This document shows, piece by piece, positions 22,621 to 34,104 of a stretch of DNA of 64,000 nucleotides (position 1 is its first letter; every line of letters starts with the position of its first letter). The notes under the pieces were generated by a model. That model did not search any database. It was not told the DNA's origin and saw nothing but the letters and a program-made list of their open reading frames with translations. Both the position numbers and the translations under genes were made by a program. Location of the stretch: positions 18,600,001-18,664,000 of the forward strand of contig OX597838.1 of assembly GCA_951406725.2 (NCBI GenBank). Reading direction: 5' to 3'. The DNA is from Octopus vulgaris (lineage: Eukaryota).

Positions 22621-23002
22621 TCTCTCTATATATAAACGGCAGTTTGTCTGTGTGTGTTTCTGTGTGTCTGTTTGTTTGTACCCTCACCCTGACCACGGCT
22701 TTCAACCGATTCTGATGAAACTTGACACACACATAGCCCAATGTCATAATTCAAAACTAACGCAGCGAAAATTTTGAAAAGTTCCCCCAGTTCTGAAAAT
22801 AATCGATAAATTCGACATGGGTCGAGAATCAAAAACACAAACCACAATCTGTCTAGGGGACGCAACTCCACCTTTTTTAACTCTCAAAAAAAATTTACCA
22901 TCATTTTTTTTCCATTTTTTTGCTATTTTTTGGCTATAACTCTAAAAATGCTTTATAGTTATTTCCCTTACAAACCTGAGCAACGCCGGGCGATACTGCT
23001 AG
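22621..23002 (+). mobile_element. Non-autonomous Helitron
   Basis: A|TCTCTCTATATATAAAC...cctgagcaacgccggg (hairpin) cgatactgCTAG|T. Confidence 0.85.
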
Positions 23003-23407
23003 TATTAGAATACAAGCAGAACCTGTGGAAATTCCACAGTATAAGTCAGCATATTTGAAAACGTTATGTTAGTATATTAAACACAAGCAAAGAATTTCAA
23101 AATATTTTTCTGATATCCTGGCATTTAATAAGGTGTTGCTTATTTACCTCCTTGTTATACGTTTGACGGATATGATGTGCTTTATAGTTTAAGGAAATAA
23201 AAGACGAATAAAAAAGAGTCAACGGTTATTGAAACGATTGCAAGACGCAACGAAAATTTTCGAAAAAGTAAATAAGTAAATAAGCGGAAAACAAACCGGT
23301 AAATGTGTTAAATAATAAAGCGCTAAAAGCGAATGGCTCTTCCAAGACACAATAAAATATGCTTCAACACACGACTTCACATAAAGAATCTTGCAAGAAT
23401 CACGCGA

Positions 23408-23584
23408 GAGTAGCTGTGAGGTAAGTAGCTTGCTTACCAACCACATGGTTCCGGGTTCAGTCCTACTATGTGGTACCTTGAGCAAGTGTCTTCTACTATA
23501 GCCTCGGGCCTCGGGCCGACCAAAGGCTTGTGAGTGGATTTGGTAGACGGAAACTGGAAAAGAAGCCCTTCGTATATACGTATA

Positions 23585-23636
<52 letters not shown>

Positions 23637-23837
23637 TGTGTCTGTGTTTGTCCCCCCACCATCGCTTGACAACCGATGCTGGTGTGTTTACGTCCCCGTC
23701 ACTTAGCGGATCGGCAAAATAGACCGATAGAATAAGTACTAGGCTTACAAAGAATAAGTCCTGGGGTCGATTTGCTCGACTAAAGGCGGTGCTCCAGCAT
23801 AGCCGCAGTCAAATGACTGAAACAAGTAAAAGAGTAA
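23408..23837 (+). mobile_element. SINE family A
   Basis: Head, body and tail homologous to other A copies. Confidence 0.9.
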
Positions 23838-23899
23838 ACTAAATACAAAAACGAAATTAAAGAAAGAAACTTATTCGTATATATATATACTGATTCTCT

Positions 23900-24299
23900 C
23901 TTTCTCTTTTTACTTGTTTCAGTCATTTTTGGCTGCGGCCATGCTGGAGCACCGCCTTTAATCGAGCAACTCGACCCCGGAACTTATTCTTTGTAAGCCC
24001 AGTACTTATTCTATCGGTCTCTTTTGCCGAACCGCTAAGTGACGGAGACATAAACACACCAGCATCGGTTGTCAAGCAATGCTAGGGGGACAAACACAGA
24101 CACACAAACATACACGCACCTACATATATATACATATATACGACGGGCTTCTTTCAGTTTCCGTCTACCAAATCCACTCACAAGGCTTTGGTCGGCCCGA
24201 GGCTATAGCAGAAGACTCTCGCCCAAGGTGCCACGCAGTGGGACTGAACCCAGAACCATGTGGTTGGTAAACAAGCTACTTACCACACAGCCACTCCTG
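23900..24299 (-). mobile_element. SINE family A (tail-to-tail with the previous copy)
   Basis: Reverse complement of the family A consensus; head at 24299. Confidence 0.9.
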
Positions 24300-24659
24300 A
24301 TAATTTACAACTTTGTTAAATGCCTCTCCCTGTTCCTTATTTATTGTCAGAGTGAAGGACATTCTTACAAGGAATTGAACTCTTTCCGAAATGAAATAAA
24401 GGTTCGAGTCATTTGGAGCTAGTTTCTTGCGAAGCATTAGAAAGCGCATTCTTTCTTGTGCACGTATTGTCATGTACTAATTAATGCAATTAGTACATGG
24501 TACGGTTTACTCGCAATTTAATATCGACTAATATTAGAAGTAGCATTGTAAGAAATGTTCGTCTCCTTCAGATACATCCCGAGGGGATGCAGAGTCCTAC
24601 ATATATTCAATAAAGACCGCATTAAGGTGAGTTACATGTAACTTCAGGACATGTCCGCT

Positions 24660-24950
24660 GTTAGATGTCTTGCAAACAACTTGCACATGCAAGTGCTACC
24701 AGTTAAAAGCTCCGTATATCGGAAGCTAGCAAGTGTATGGGGTCATCAGGAGAGAATGCGCGCCGTTTCGGGGCCTACCTCTCGACGGCATCAATGCGCA
24801 CCGGTCCCCCTCACCGATATGAGGCCCCGCTTGCTAGATCAGCTGGTTATGAAGAACTCAATATACTTCTAGCCATCGCTCATCGTCCCTTTTTAACCAA
24901 ATCCAGTGGCTAGCCTTCTCCACTGTATAGTTCACATGGTCAAAACATTG
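24660..24950 (-). mobile_element. 3' end of an RLE-type (HERO-like) non-LTR retrotransposon
   Basis: Minus-strand C-terminus TVEKASHWIWLKRDDERWLEVY* plus 3' UTR, homologous to about 39510-39785. Confidence 0.75.
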
Positions 24951-25489
24951 CTATCAAATCTAGAGCAAAAGTAATCGGCATCGAAGTATTCAAGCATCGG
25001 AGTATTCTGACGTCTTAAAGCTAAATAGCTGGGCAAAGAAAGCAGTATTTATCGAGTAGACAACTCCACAAATTACAGTTACAGAGGACAAACACGGCAT
25101 TCATCCACAACTCGCCTACACCAGTATAAGAGCTCGTTATATAACATCGATCCGTAGAAAAAAAAAACATTACAGCACTTTCAAAATATATTTGGGTATC
25201 AAAGGATAAAATAGTGACCGCCAGTATTAAGTCTTAACGTTTTAGAATTGCCATATTACTGAGTAACCCAATTTGCGATGGTATTTCGTATACAAACAAA
25301 CAAAAGATGAACACTTAAACTTATCAGAATCTTTAAGATCTGATGTACGCACTTGGCGTCACAGACCACGATTCCATGATAAGTGCGCTCTCTGCAGTCC
25401 AAACCAGTCAGTCGTAATTCATCATTTCCACTTAATCTAATATTGAAAAGATTTTTGGCTTCAAATAATTTTGGCATGATGCCTGAAAA

Positions 25490-25661
25490 TTTAGGGGATT
25501 AGTCGATTAAACCGACCCCCTGTACTTGATTGGCATTTTATTTTATTGACTTTAACAGTATAAAAGACAAAATCGAGCTCGGTGGAGTTTAGAGTCTAAA
25601 CTACAAGACGGAAGAAATGCCGCTGGACATTTTGTCCGACGTCCTAACGATTCTGCCAGCT
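25490..25661 (-). mobile_element. Diverged SINE family B
   Basis: gattagtcgattaaaccgacccc...ctaacgattctgccagctc. Confidence 0.65.
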
Positions 25662-25723
25662 CTAACTCGAAACACTTTCCCTTTGATCTCCGTTGGTTAT
25701 TTTACCTTACACATGACCTGGGT

Positions 25724-26043
25724 CTCCGTCGGTTACGAGGACGTGGTTCTAGTTGATTCGATCAACGCAACAGCCTAGTCGTAAAATTAAGGTTACAAGT
25801 GGTTGAGCATTCCGCACACACGCGTACCCTTTAACGTAGTTCTCAGTGAGAGTCAGCGTTGCACAGAAAGTGACAAGGCCGGCCCATTGGATTACAGGTA
25901 CAACTCATTTTGCCCAGCTGAGTGGACTGGAGCAACGAGAAATAAAAGTGTCTTGTTCAAGAACAGAACACACCGCCGAGTATTGAACTCACGACCTCTC
26001 AATCGTGAGCCAATTACCCTGATCACTAAGTTACGCACCTTCA
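25724..26043 (-). mobile_element. SINE with family-C tail but a different tRNA head and central domain
   Basis: Tail ctccgtcggttacg...caggtacaac is shared with family C; the 5' part (minus) reads gtgagttcaatactc...ttcttgaacaagacacttttatttctcgttgctccagtccactcagctg. Confidence 0.7.
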
Positions 26044-26580
26044 CCTTACACATGATGAACACTCATACCTCCCTCCCCATTCCCCCGACTCACACACTCG
26101 TGAACACACACAAACACACATACGAACCCACAGACACTTATTCGCTGATTTCACACACTTTTTTTCTCTGGTTGCTGCTATTTTTTGCCATGCTAGGGTG
26201 CTGCTATCCAAGGCATTTTACTCAATCATATCAAACAGTTATTTTAGGGTAGTACTTATTTCATTGTTTCTATATATCGAATCGTCAAGTTTTTGCTTCT
26301 TCTAACGTTTGGTGTAAGTATATGTAGTTTTTATATTAGCCCCCGCACACATGCGCGAGCACTGGATAGTAAATTCTACCCACGAAGTGGCAGATACATA
26401 CCCGAATTGTTGCTCAGTAAGATCGAACGCGGGACCGGGTGGTCATTTGTCCTTAATTCGTTTCTGTTCTTATCGTTTCATTTTCTATTAGTCAATGCGG
26501 ATTTTAATCTGGCTTTCCTTGTTATTTCATAATCATATCCTATTTCTCTCTAGAATACGCTTTTGATATAAGGGAAGGAA

Positions 26581-26959
26581 GCACTCCGTCGGTTACGACG
26601 ACGTGGGTTCCGGTTGATCCGAATCAACGGAACAGCCTGCTCGTGAAATTAACGTGTTAGTGGCTGAGCACTCCACAGACACGTGTACCCTTAACGTAGT
26701 TCTCGGGGATTATTCAGCGTGACACAGAGAGTGACAAGGCCGGCCCTTTGAAATACAAGGTACAACAGAAACAGGAAGTAAGAGTGAGAGAAAGTTGTGA
26801 AAGAGTACAGCAGGGATCACCACCATCCCCTGCCGGAGCTTCGTGGAGCTTTTAGGTGTTTTCGCTCAATAAACACTCACAACGCCCGGTCTGGGAATCG
26901 AAACCGCGATCCTATGACCGCGAGTCCGCTGTCCTAACCACTGGGCCATTGAGCCTCCA
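26581..26959 (-). mobile_element. tRNA-derived SINE family C, full length
   Basis: Minus head ggaggctcaatggcccagtggttaggacagcggactcgcggtcataggatcgcggtttcgattcccag with A and B boxes. Confidence 0.9.
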
Positions 26960-27642
26960 TCTTTTGATATAAACGTTGGTTTATTGAAATTTTTGTCGAT
27001 GGTTGTCGTTGTCTCACTTCCCAATTCATTATTCTTTCTCTTTAACATTTGTCTGCTTCAGTTTTATATTCAGGCTGTGGTTTAATTTTAATTCGATCCT
27101 ATCGTCGCCATCTCATTTTTCAGTTGTTAATGCGGTTTTTTGTCTGGCTTTGCCTGTTATTTCATATTCATATCCCATTTCTCTGAAATAAGCTTTCCGT
27201 ACATGTTTTCCGTTGGTCAAATAATAAAGTTCAATGTTCAGTTTTATTGATTTTTTTTACTTGTATCTGCAGGGGGAGACGATTCGTTTTGCCTCTTATT
27301 ACAACAGAGCCATGTGTATTCAGTCCAAAATCTGGGTAAGTTTAAGTGACGTTGAAGAAGGCTAAGGAACCCATAGATGTTGTAAGAAAATTGAGGCGAT
27401 GCTGTTTAATAAATGGTAACTAAGTGAAAGAAAGCGATTTAGTAGAGATATATCGCCACATTAGATAGATCTTATGCGCTTTAACTTCATACAAATTGTC
27501 GAAATTATTGCTAATTTACGATTTAAATTCGTATGTGAGTTTTATTCGTATATAAGTTTTATTTTTCAAAATACTTTGAGTTTAAACTTTAAGACAGAGC
27601 TCGAAACAAACACATTAAGAGAGTGCTCGATAAATTTAAATA

Positions 27643-27824
27643 TACATTATTTACATTATTTACATTTGACGGATATCTGTCCTCATCTTGTTTGTTGTTA
27701 ACACAACGTTTCGGCTGATATACCCTCCAGCCTTCATCAGGTGTTTTGGGGAAATTTCGAACCTGAGTTCTCATTCCTAAGGTATTTTTCGATGTTGTTG
27801 TTATTGTTGTTGTTGTTGTTGTTG

Positions 27825-27885
<61 letters not shown>

Positions 27886-27887
27886 CA

Positions 27888-27923
<36 letters not shown>

Positions 27924-27994
27924 TCACTGCCTGGTATCGAACTCGGAATCTTGGGGTTAGTAGCCCGTGCTCTTAACCACTACGCCATATGCCC
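27643..27994 (-). mobile_element. tRNA-headed SINE family E containing a hammerhead ribozyme
   Basis: Minus: gggcatatggcgtagtggttaagagcacgggctactaaccccaagattccgagttcgatacc (A and B boxes), (AAT/AAC)n, body, HHR, (TGTAAATAA)n tail. Confidence 0.8.
27700..27745 (-). ncRNA. Minimal type I hammerhead ribozyme
   Basis: AACAC-CUGAUGA-A-GGCUG(loop)CAGCC-GAAA-CG-UU-GUGUU. Stem I AACAC/GUGUU, palindromic AACGUU stem III. Confidence 0.8.
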
Positions 27995-28338
27995 GTGGGT
28001 TAAGAGCGTGGGCTACTAACCACAAGATTCCGAGTTCGATTCCAGGCAGTAACCTGAAGAAGAAGAAGAAGAAGAAGAAGAAGAAGAAGAAGAAGAAGAA
28101 GAAGAAGAAGAAGAAGAAGAAGAAGAAGAAGAAGAAGAAGAAGAAGAAGAAGAAGAAGAAGAAGAAGAAGAAGAAGAAGAAGAAGAAAAAATACCTTAGG
28201 AATGACAACCCAGGTTCGAAATTTCCCCAAGACACCCGAAGAAGGCTGGAGGGTATATCAGCCGAAACGTAGTGTTAACAACAAACAAGATGAAGACAAA
28301 TATCCGTCAAATGGAAATAATGTAAATAATGTAAATAA
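27995..28338 (+). mobile_element. Second family E SINE, head-to-head with the first, lacking about 14 nt of the 5' end
   Basis: gtgggttaagagcgtgggctactaaccacaagattccgagttcgattcc, (GAA)n, same body, tail taatgtaaataatgtaaataa. Confidence 0.8.
28231..28276 (+). ncRNA. Hammerhead ribozyme variant (U4 to C)
   Basis: GACAC-CCGAAGA-A-GGCUG...CAGCC-GAAA-CG-UA-GUGUU. Confidence 0.65.
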
Positions 28339-28435
28339 TTCCTCTTATTCATATCCCATACTGAAATTTAAGTATATTTATTTGATTCAGGCCTCCAATA
28401 TAGCGTGAAGAATCGTTATCACTCCAGGCAAAATG

Positions 28436-29346
28436 CTTGGCGACATGTCCTCCATATTTACATTCTGAGTTCAAATTACACCGAGATCGATTTTGCCTTT
28501 CGTCTTTCCGGAGTCGGAGGTCAACGAAATCGACGTATTCCCTCCCCCTAAATTGCTGGCATTGTGCCAAATTTTGAAATCAAGATAGTCTTGGCGATAT
28601 GTCCTCCGTATTTACTCTCTCAGTTCAAATTCCACCGAGATCGATTTTGTCTTTCGTCTTTCCGGAGTCGGAGGTCAACGTAATCGACGTATTCCCTCCC
28701 CTAAATTGCTGGCATTGTGCCAAATTTTGAAATCAAGATAGTCTTGGCGATATGTCCTCCGTATTTACTCTCTCAGTTCAAATTCCACCGAGATCGATTT
28801 TGCCTTTCGTCTTTCCGGAGGTCAACGTAATCGACGTATTCCTTCCCCCTAAATTGCTGGCATTGTGCCAAATTTTGAAATCAAGATAGTCTTGGCGATA
28901 TGTCCTCCGTATTTACTCTCTCAGTTCAAATTACACCGAGATCGATTTTGCCTTTCGTCTTTCCGGAGTCGGAGGTCAACGTAATCGACGTATTCCTTCC
29001 CCCTAAATTGCTGGCATTGTGCCAAATTTTGAAATCAAGATAGTCTTGGCGATATGTCCTCCGTATTTACTCTCTCAGTTCAAATTCCACCGAGATCGAT
29101 TTTGCCTTTCGTCTTTCCGGAGGTCAACGTAATCGACGTATTCCTTCCCCCTAAATTGCTGGCATTGTGCCAAATTTTGAAATCAAGATAGTCTTGGCGA
29201 TATGTCCTCCGTATTTACTCTCTCAGTTCAAATTACACCGAGATCGATTTTGCCTTTCGTCTTTCCGGAGTCGGAGGTCAACGTAATCGACGTATTCCTT
29301 CCCCCTAAATTGCTGGCATTGTGCCAAATTTTGAAATCAAGATAGT
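28436..29346 (+). repeat. Minisatellite of six 148-154 bp units derived from SINE family B
   Basis: Units start at 28436, 28590, 28743, 28891, 29045 and 29193; each contains agttcaaattc/acaccgagatcgattttgcctttc and ctaaattgctggcattgtgccaaattttgaaa. Confidence 0.95.
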
Positions 29347-29714
29347 GTGAGTCGTACATCGGAATAGCTTAATTATGCTGTAAGCGACCATTAAATTATA
29401 TATTAGATTTTTAACTTTAACGTCTATTATCTGTAAATTTCATTATGTCTTCTTCTGTCATAATTCTTTTATATACTTTTTTTTTATTGGTATTATTACC
29501 CTACTTTACAATAATTTCCAGTCTTGTACTGCTGTCTTTGTGGCAGTATGTCTCTCTGGTCTCTCTGGTCTCTCTCTTTCTCTCGCCGACAGAGTTCTGC
29601 TCTTCTACCTATATATTAAGACTCGTATTATTAGCAGCGTAATCGATATCTCATTTAGTTTTATGAGAATATGATATGTGTGTGCTCTAAAATGCTTATG
29701 CAAGTGTTGTGTAA

Positions 29715-29785
<71 letters not shown>

Positions 29786-29794
29786 TGTATATGA

Positions 29795-29885
<91 letters not shown>

Positions 29886-30478
29886 CACATACATATATAT
29901 ACACACATACATATATATACACTCATACATATATATATATATATATATGTATGTATTTGTATATATATATATATATTTGCATGTATGCATGTATGTATGA
30001 GTGTAATTAATTAGCTACATGTTAAGATTAAATTTAGTCACCAGTTTTTTTCAAACTAATGTAATCGCACTTTCCAAAACAGAAAATAAACTTGATCTAT
30101 TAATTAGATCTAATGGTCAGTCTGAGAGAGTTCAATTAGTTCCAATCGATAGCGTGGTCGCCTAGTTAAGTGATTGATACTTGGTCGATGTCCCGTCAAA
30201 ACGGAAAATTAATGTTTAAATGGACAAAAATGTACTTTACATTTAATGTTATCTAAGTTCGTTTTAACATAATTAATGCAAGTGAACATTAAAATAAAAA
30301 AATATATATATATATATATAGCTAACCAGAAACACGCCACCGGAATAAGCTGAGCGGTTTCTAGAACGACACCGCTAACACCATCTCCAACAACAACAAC
30401 AACAACAGATACTATCATACTCACCACCATCACTGCTACCGCTACAGACATTCATCATCACAAACACCAGCGAATCCC

Positions 30479-30529
<51 letters not shown>

Positions 30530-30566
30530 TATGTATGTGTATATATATATATACATATATATATAT

Positions 30567-30850
30567 TTAATGTAGGAAAAATTTTTTTCGAAAAGCAAAA
30601 TTTTATCAATGGCCAGCATATTAAAAAATACCTTTAAGGGTTAAAATTATAAACAACTTATAAATAAGGGCAAACGAAAAAATTTCTAATGCCAAATATG
30701 CCGAAAATTGGACATATTGTCTATTACCATATAATGGTACATGAATAAATATATATATGAGTATATATATTATATGGTAATGGACAATATGTCCAATTTT
30801 CGGCATATTTGGCATTAGAAATTTTTCGTTTGCCCTTATTTATAATTTTT
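30567..30850. repeat. Fold-back element in (TA)n, about 77-bp near-perfect inverted arms
   Basis: 30658-30735 is the reverse complement of 30769-30845. Confidence 0.85.
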
Positions 30851-30882
30851 ATACATATATATATACATACATATATATATAT

Positions 30883-30981
<99 letters not shown>

Positions 30982-31017
30982 TGTATATATACATGGAGGT
31001 GCATGCATTTATTATTA

Positions 31018-31168
31018 GCTTAGCGGCGTTTCGTCCATCTTTAGGTTCTGAGTTCAAATTCCGTGGAGGTCTACTTTTTCTTTCATCCCTCCGGGGTCGA
31101 TAAATACTGGAGTTGATGCGATCGTTTTGCCCTTCCGCCCACAAAAAATGCTGGCCTCGTGCAAAAAT
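31018..31168 (+). mobile_element. 5'-truncated SINE family B
   Basis: gcttagcggcgtttcgtcc...gagttcaaattcc...ttcatccctccggggtcgataaa. Confidence 0.75.
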
Positions 31169-31184
31169 CTGATACTACTATTGC

Positions 31185-31236
<52 letters not shown>

Positions 31237-31843
31237 TGTGGTGGTGGTGCTGGTGGTGGTGGTGGTGCTGGTGGTGGTGGTGGTGGTGGTGCTGGTGGTG
31301 GTGGTATGGTGGTGGTGGTGCTGGTGGTGGTGGTGCTGGTGGTGCTGGTGGTGTTGGTGGTGGTGGTGGTGTTTGTGGTGGTGCTGGTGCTGGTGGTGGT
31401 GGTGCTGGTGCTGGTGGTTAGCAGTTTACAATTCTCTTCCAACTGGTGCTTCCGACTCTATACCACTTCCCCCTCTCTCTCCTTGGCTCAAGCTCGCAAA
31501 CCAAGAAGAACAACAGCAAAGAAACGTGATAGGCTTCACTGCCATACGTACATAGAGCTAATTAATGAAACGCATACATCAATACAGAGACATTATTCAG
31601 AGCGATTTCCTGATACGCACAAACAGCGCAGCAACACACTTAAGTCATCCAAGCAACACGAAACATGATACAACGTCATAAAAAAAAAATATCCTAATGG
31701 AATAGAAAATTTCAGTGGGAACATCACTAAAATACTTTATAAGGAACTAGTTGTATAAAGCAAACGGACGAAAGATCCTCGCCCCCGCATCTCATCCACA
31801 AAATTAGTATATATAGTCTTTCTCACTTTGTTCTTACTATCCA

Positions 31844-32087
31844 ACGATTTAAATTCGTATGCGAGTTTTATTTTCCAAAATACTTTGAGTTTAAACTTTA
31901 AGACAGACCTCGAAACAAACACATTAAGAGAGTGCTCGATAAATTTAAATATACATTATTTACATTATTTACATATGACGGATATTTGTCCGCATCTTGT
32001 TTGTTGTTAACACAACGTTTCGGCTGATATACCCTCCAGCCTTCATCAGGTGTCTTGGGGAAATTTCGAACCTGATTTCTCATTCCT
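31844..32087 (-). mobile_element. 5'-truncated family E copy with HHR plus about 110 bp of flank shared with the 27.5 kb copy
   Basis: Near-identical to 27518-27778. Confidence 0.85.
32009..32054 (-). ncRNA. Minimal type I hammerhead ribozyme
   Basis: GACAC-CUGAUGA-A-GGCUG...CAGCC-GAAA-CG-UU-GUGUU. Confidence 0.8.
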
Positions 32088-32088
32088 C

Positions 32089-32690
32089 AGAATAGTCAGT
32101 GTAAATGCATGTGGCCTGAGATTGCTTTGAAGTATGACCTTATAAGCTCATCTACCTCAGGTCACTAGATATAAATGGGATAGCCACCAGCGAGGCGAGA
32201 ATCCCCAAGCTTTCGCATCCAATTTCGCTGGGTACGAACTTCACTTATCTCGAAGTCGACCGGGTTTGCTATACGGTTTGTTTTCATGGACCTAAAAGGT
32301 AAGTTAATGGTATTGAATACAACCAGCAACGGACGCCACACCTTCCTATTAGAGGCTGTCTATGCCCCAAAGGTGGAGAAGCAGCCACATCTTTTTCGAG
32401 ATTCTAGAGTCATCTTAGTAACGTCCCGCACTTCAATTCAAGTGAGTGATAGAACACCATTTTCTATGTACACTTGGGCCGTGTGGGATTATCTGATAAA
32501 AGAGATGGGTTACAAAAACCGTGTAAACCTTTTCACACGTTTCCAAAAGACAAGTATTACTGGAGTTTCCAAATGTACAAATGTGGACATTAACAAATCC
32601 TATTTGCTCATCCAATCCCTATCTCGACAGAATATTCTGTTGACCACTAGGCGGTTTAACTGTAGGTTGTTCACAATTCAAAGTGGTTGG
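32089..32690 (+). pseudogene. Decayed APE-endonuclease domain of a Tx1/L1-type LINE
   Basis: Frameshifted motifs RIVSVNACGLR, DLKGKLMVL...FLLEAVYAP, YLDRI. Confidence 0.6.
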
Positions 32691-32766
32691 CAACAAAACC
32701 CCCAAGCACTTCTCGACAGCTGAGGCTGAATGTTGCGAAAGGTCGATAAAAGTCACTGATGTCAGT

Positions 32767-32820
<54 letters not shown>

Positions 32821-33004
32821 GGATGATGATGATGGTCGTGATGATTAGGTGAGAGAGGATCAGAAGGAAGGTGGGATGGAATAACTTCCATATATTTCAG
32901 TAAAATTATAATATCGTCTCCGGATGTTCACAGACAGCCATTTGGCTTAATTCACTCTGAAAAATTATCAACGTCAGTTACATGAAGCGACATTTTGCTA
33001 AAAG

Positions 33005-33298
<294 letters not shown>

Positions 33299-33823
33299 CA
33301 AGCAAACAGATCGTAATCAATGCCACAATGTAACTAACACACGCCGTCCCTGCCTGCGCCAGATGTTTGCACACTTGACTGTCGACTGAGACTCCACTTG
33401 ACTTCATGCATTATAAACAAGTAAAAATGAGAAGGTGAAAAACACACACATAAACCAAAGTAAAAACAACATCCAATCGTGTATTTAAAATAGAATTCTT
33501 TTCAATCTATTTCGAGACTATTTTCTAAAGCGGAATTTATGTTTTTGTGTTTTAAAAAGTCTGGGCGTTTCGTATAACTAAATCTAGATGATATGGTCTG
33601 TGTTTGTATGTGTGTTTTGTGAAGGATGTGTGTAGTTATATGTGTCTGGTATACTTTCGTAGATTGAATATTTACTCATATCAAAGCACTGTATATATAT
33701 ATATGTAAGCAGACATCTACACGCATACACTTGCACAAGGATGACTTAAGACAATATAGAGATACTCGTATACATATACACATATATGTATATATGTATA
33801 AATATATATATATATATATATAT

Positions 33824-33940
<117 letters not shown>

Positions 33941-34021
33941 TAGATATAGATATAGATATATATAGATATAGATATAGATATAGAGATATATATATACATA
34001 TATATATATATACATAGATAC

Positions 34022-34104
<83 letters not shown>

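Noticed and set aside
26880-26959. tRNA genes (also heads at 1285, 27994, 42912, 58128)
   Set aside because: A and B boxes present but acceptor stems do not close, and each continues into a repeated SINE body
28436-29346. CRISPR-like regular array
   Set aside because: Whole units are near-identical with no unique spacers; SINE-derived; eukaryotic context with no cas genes
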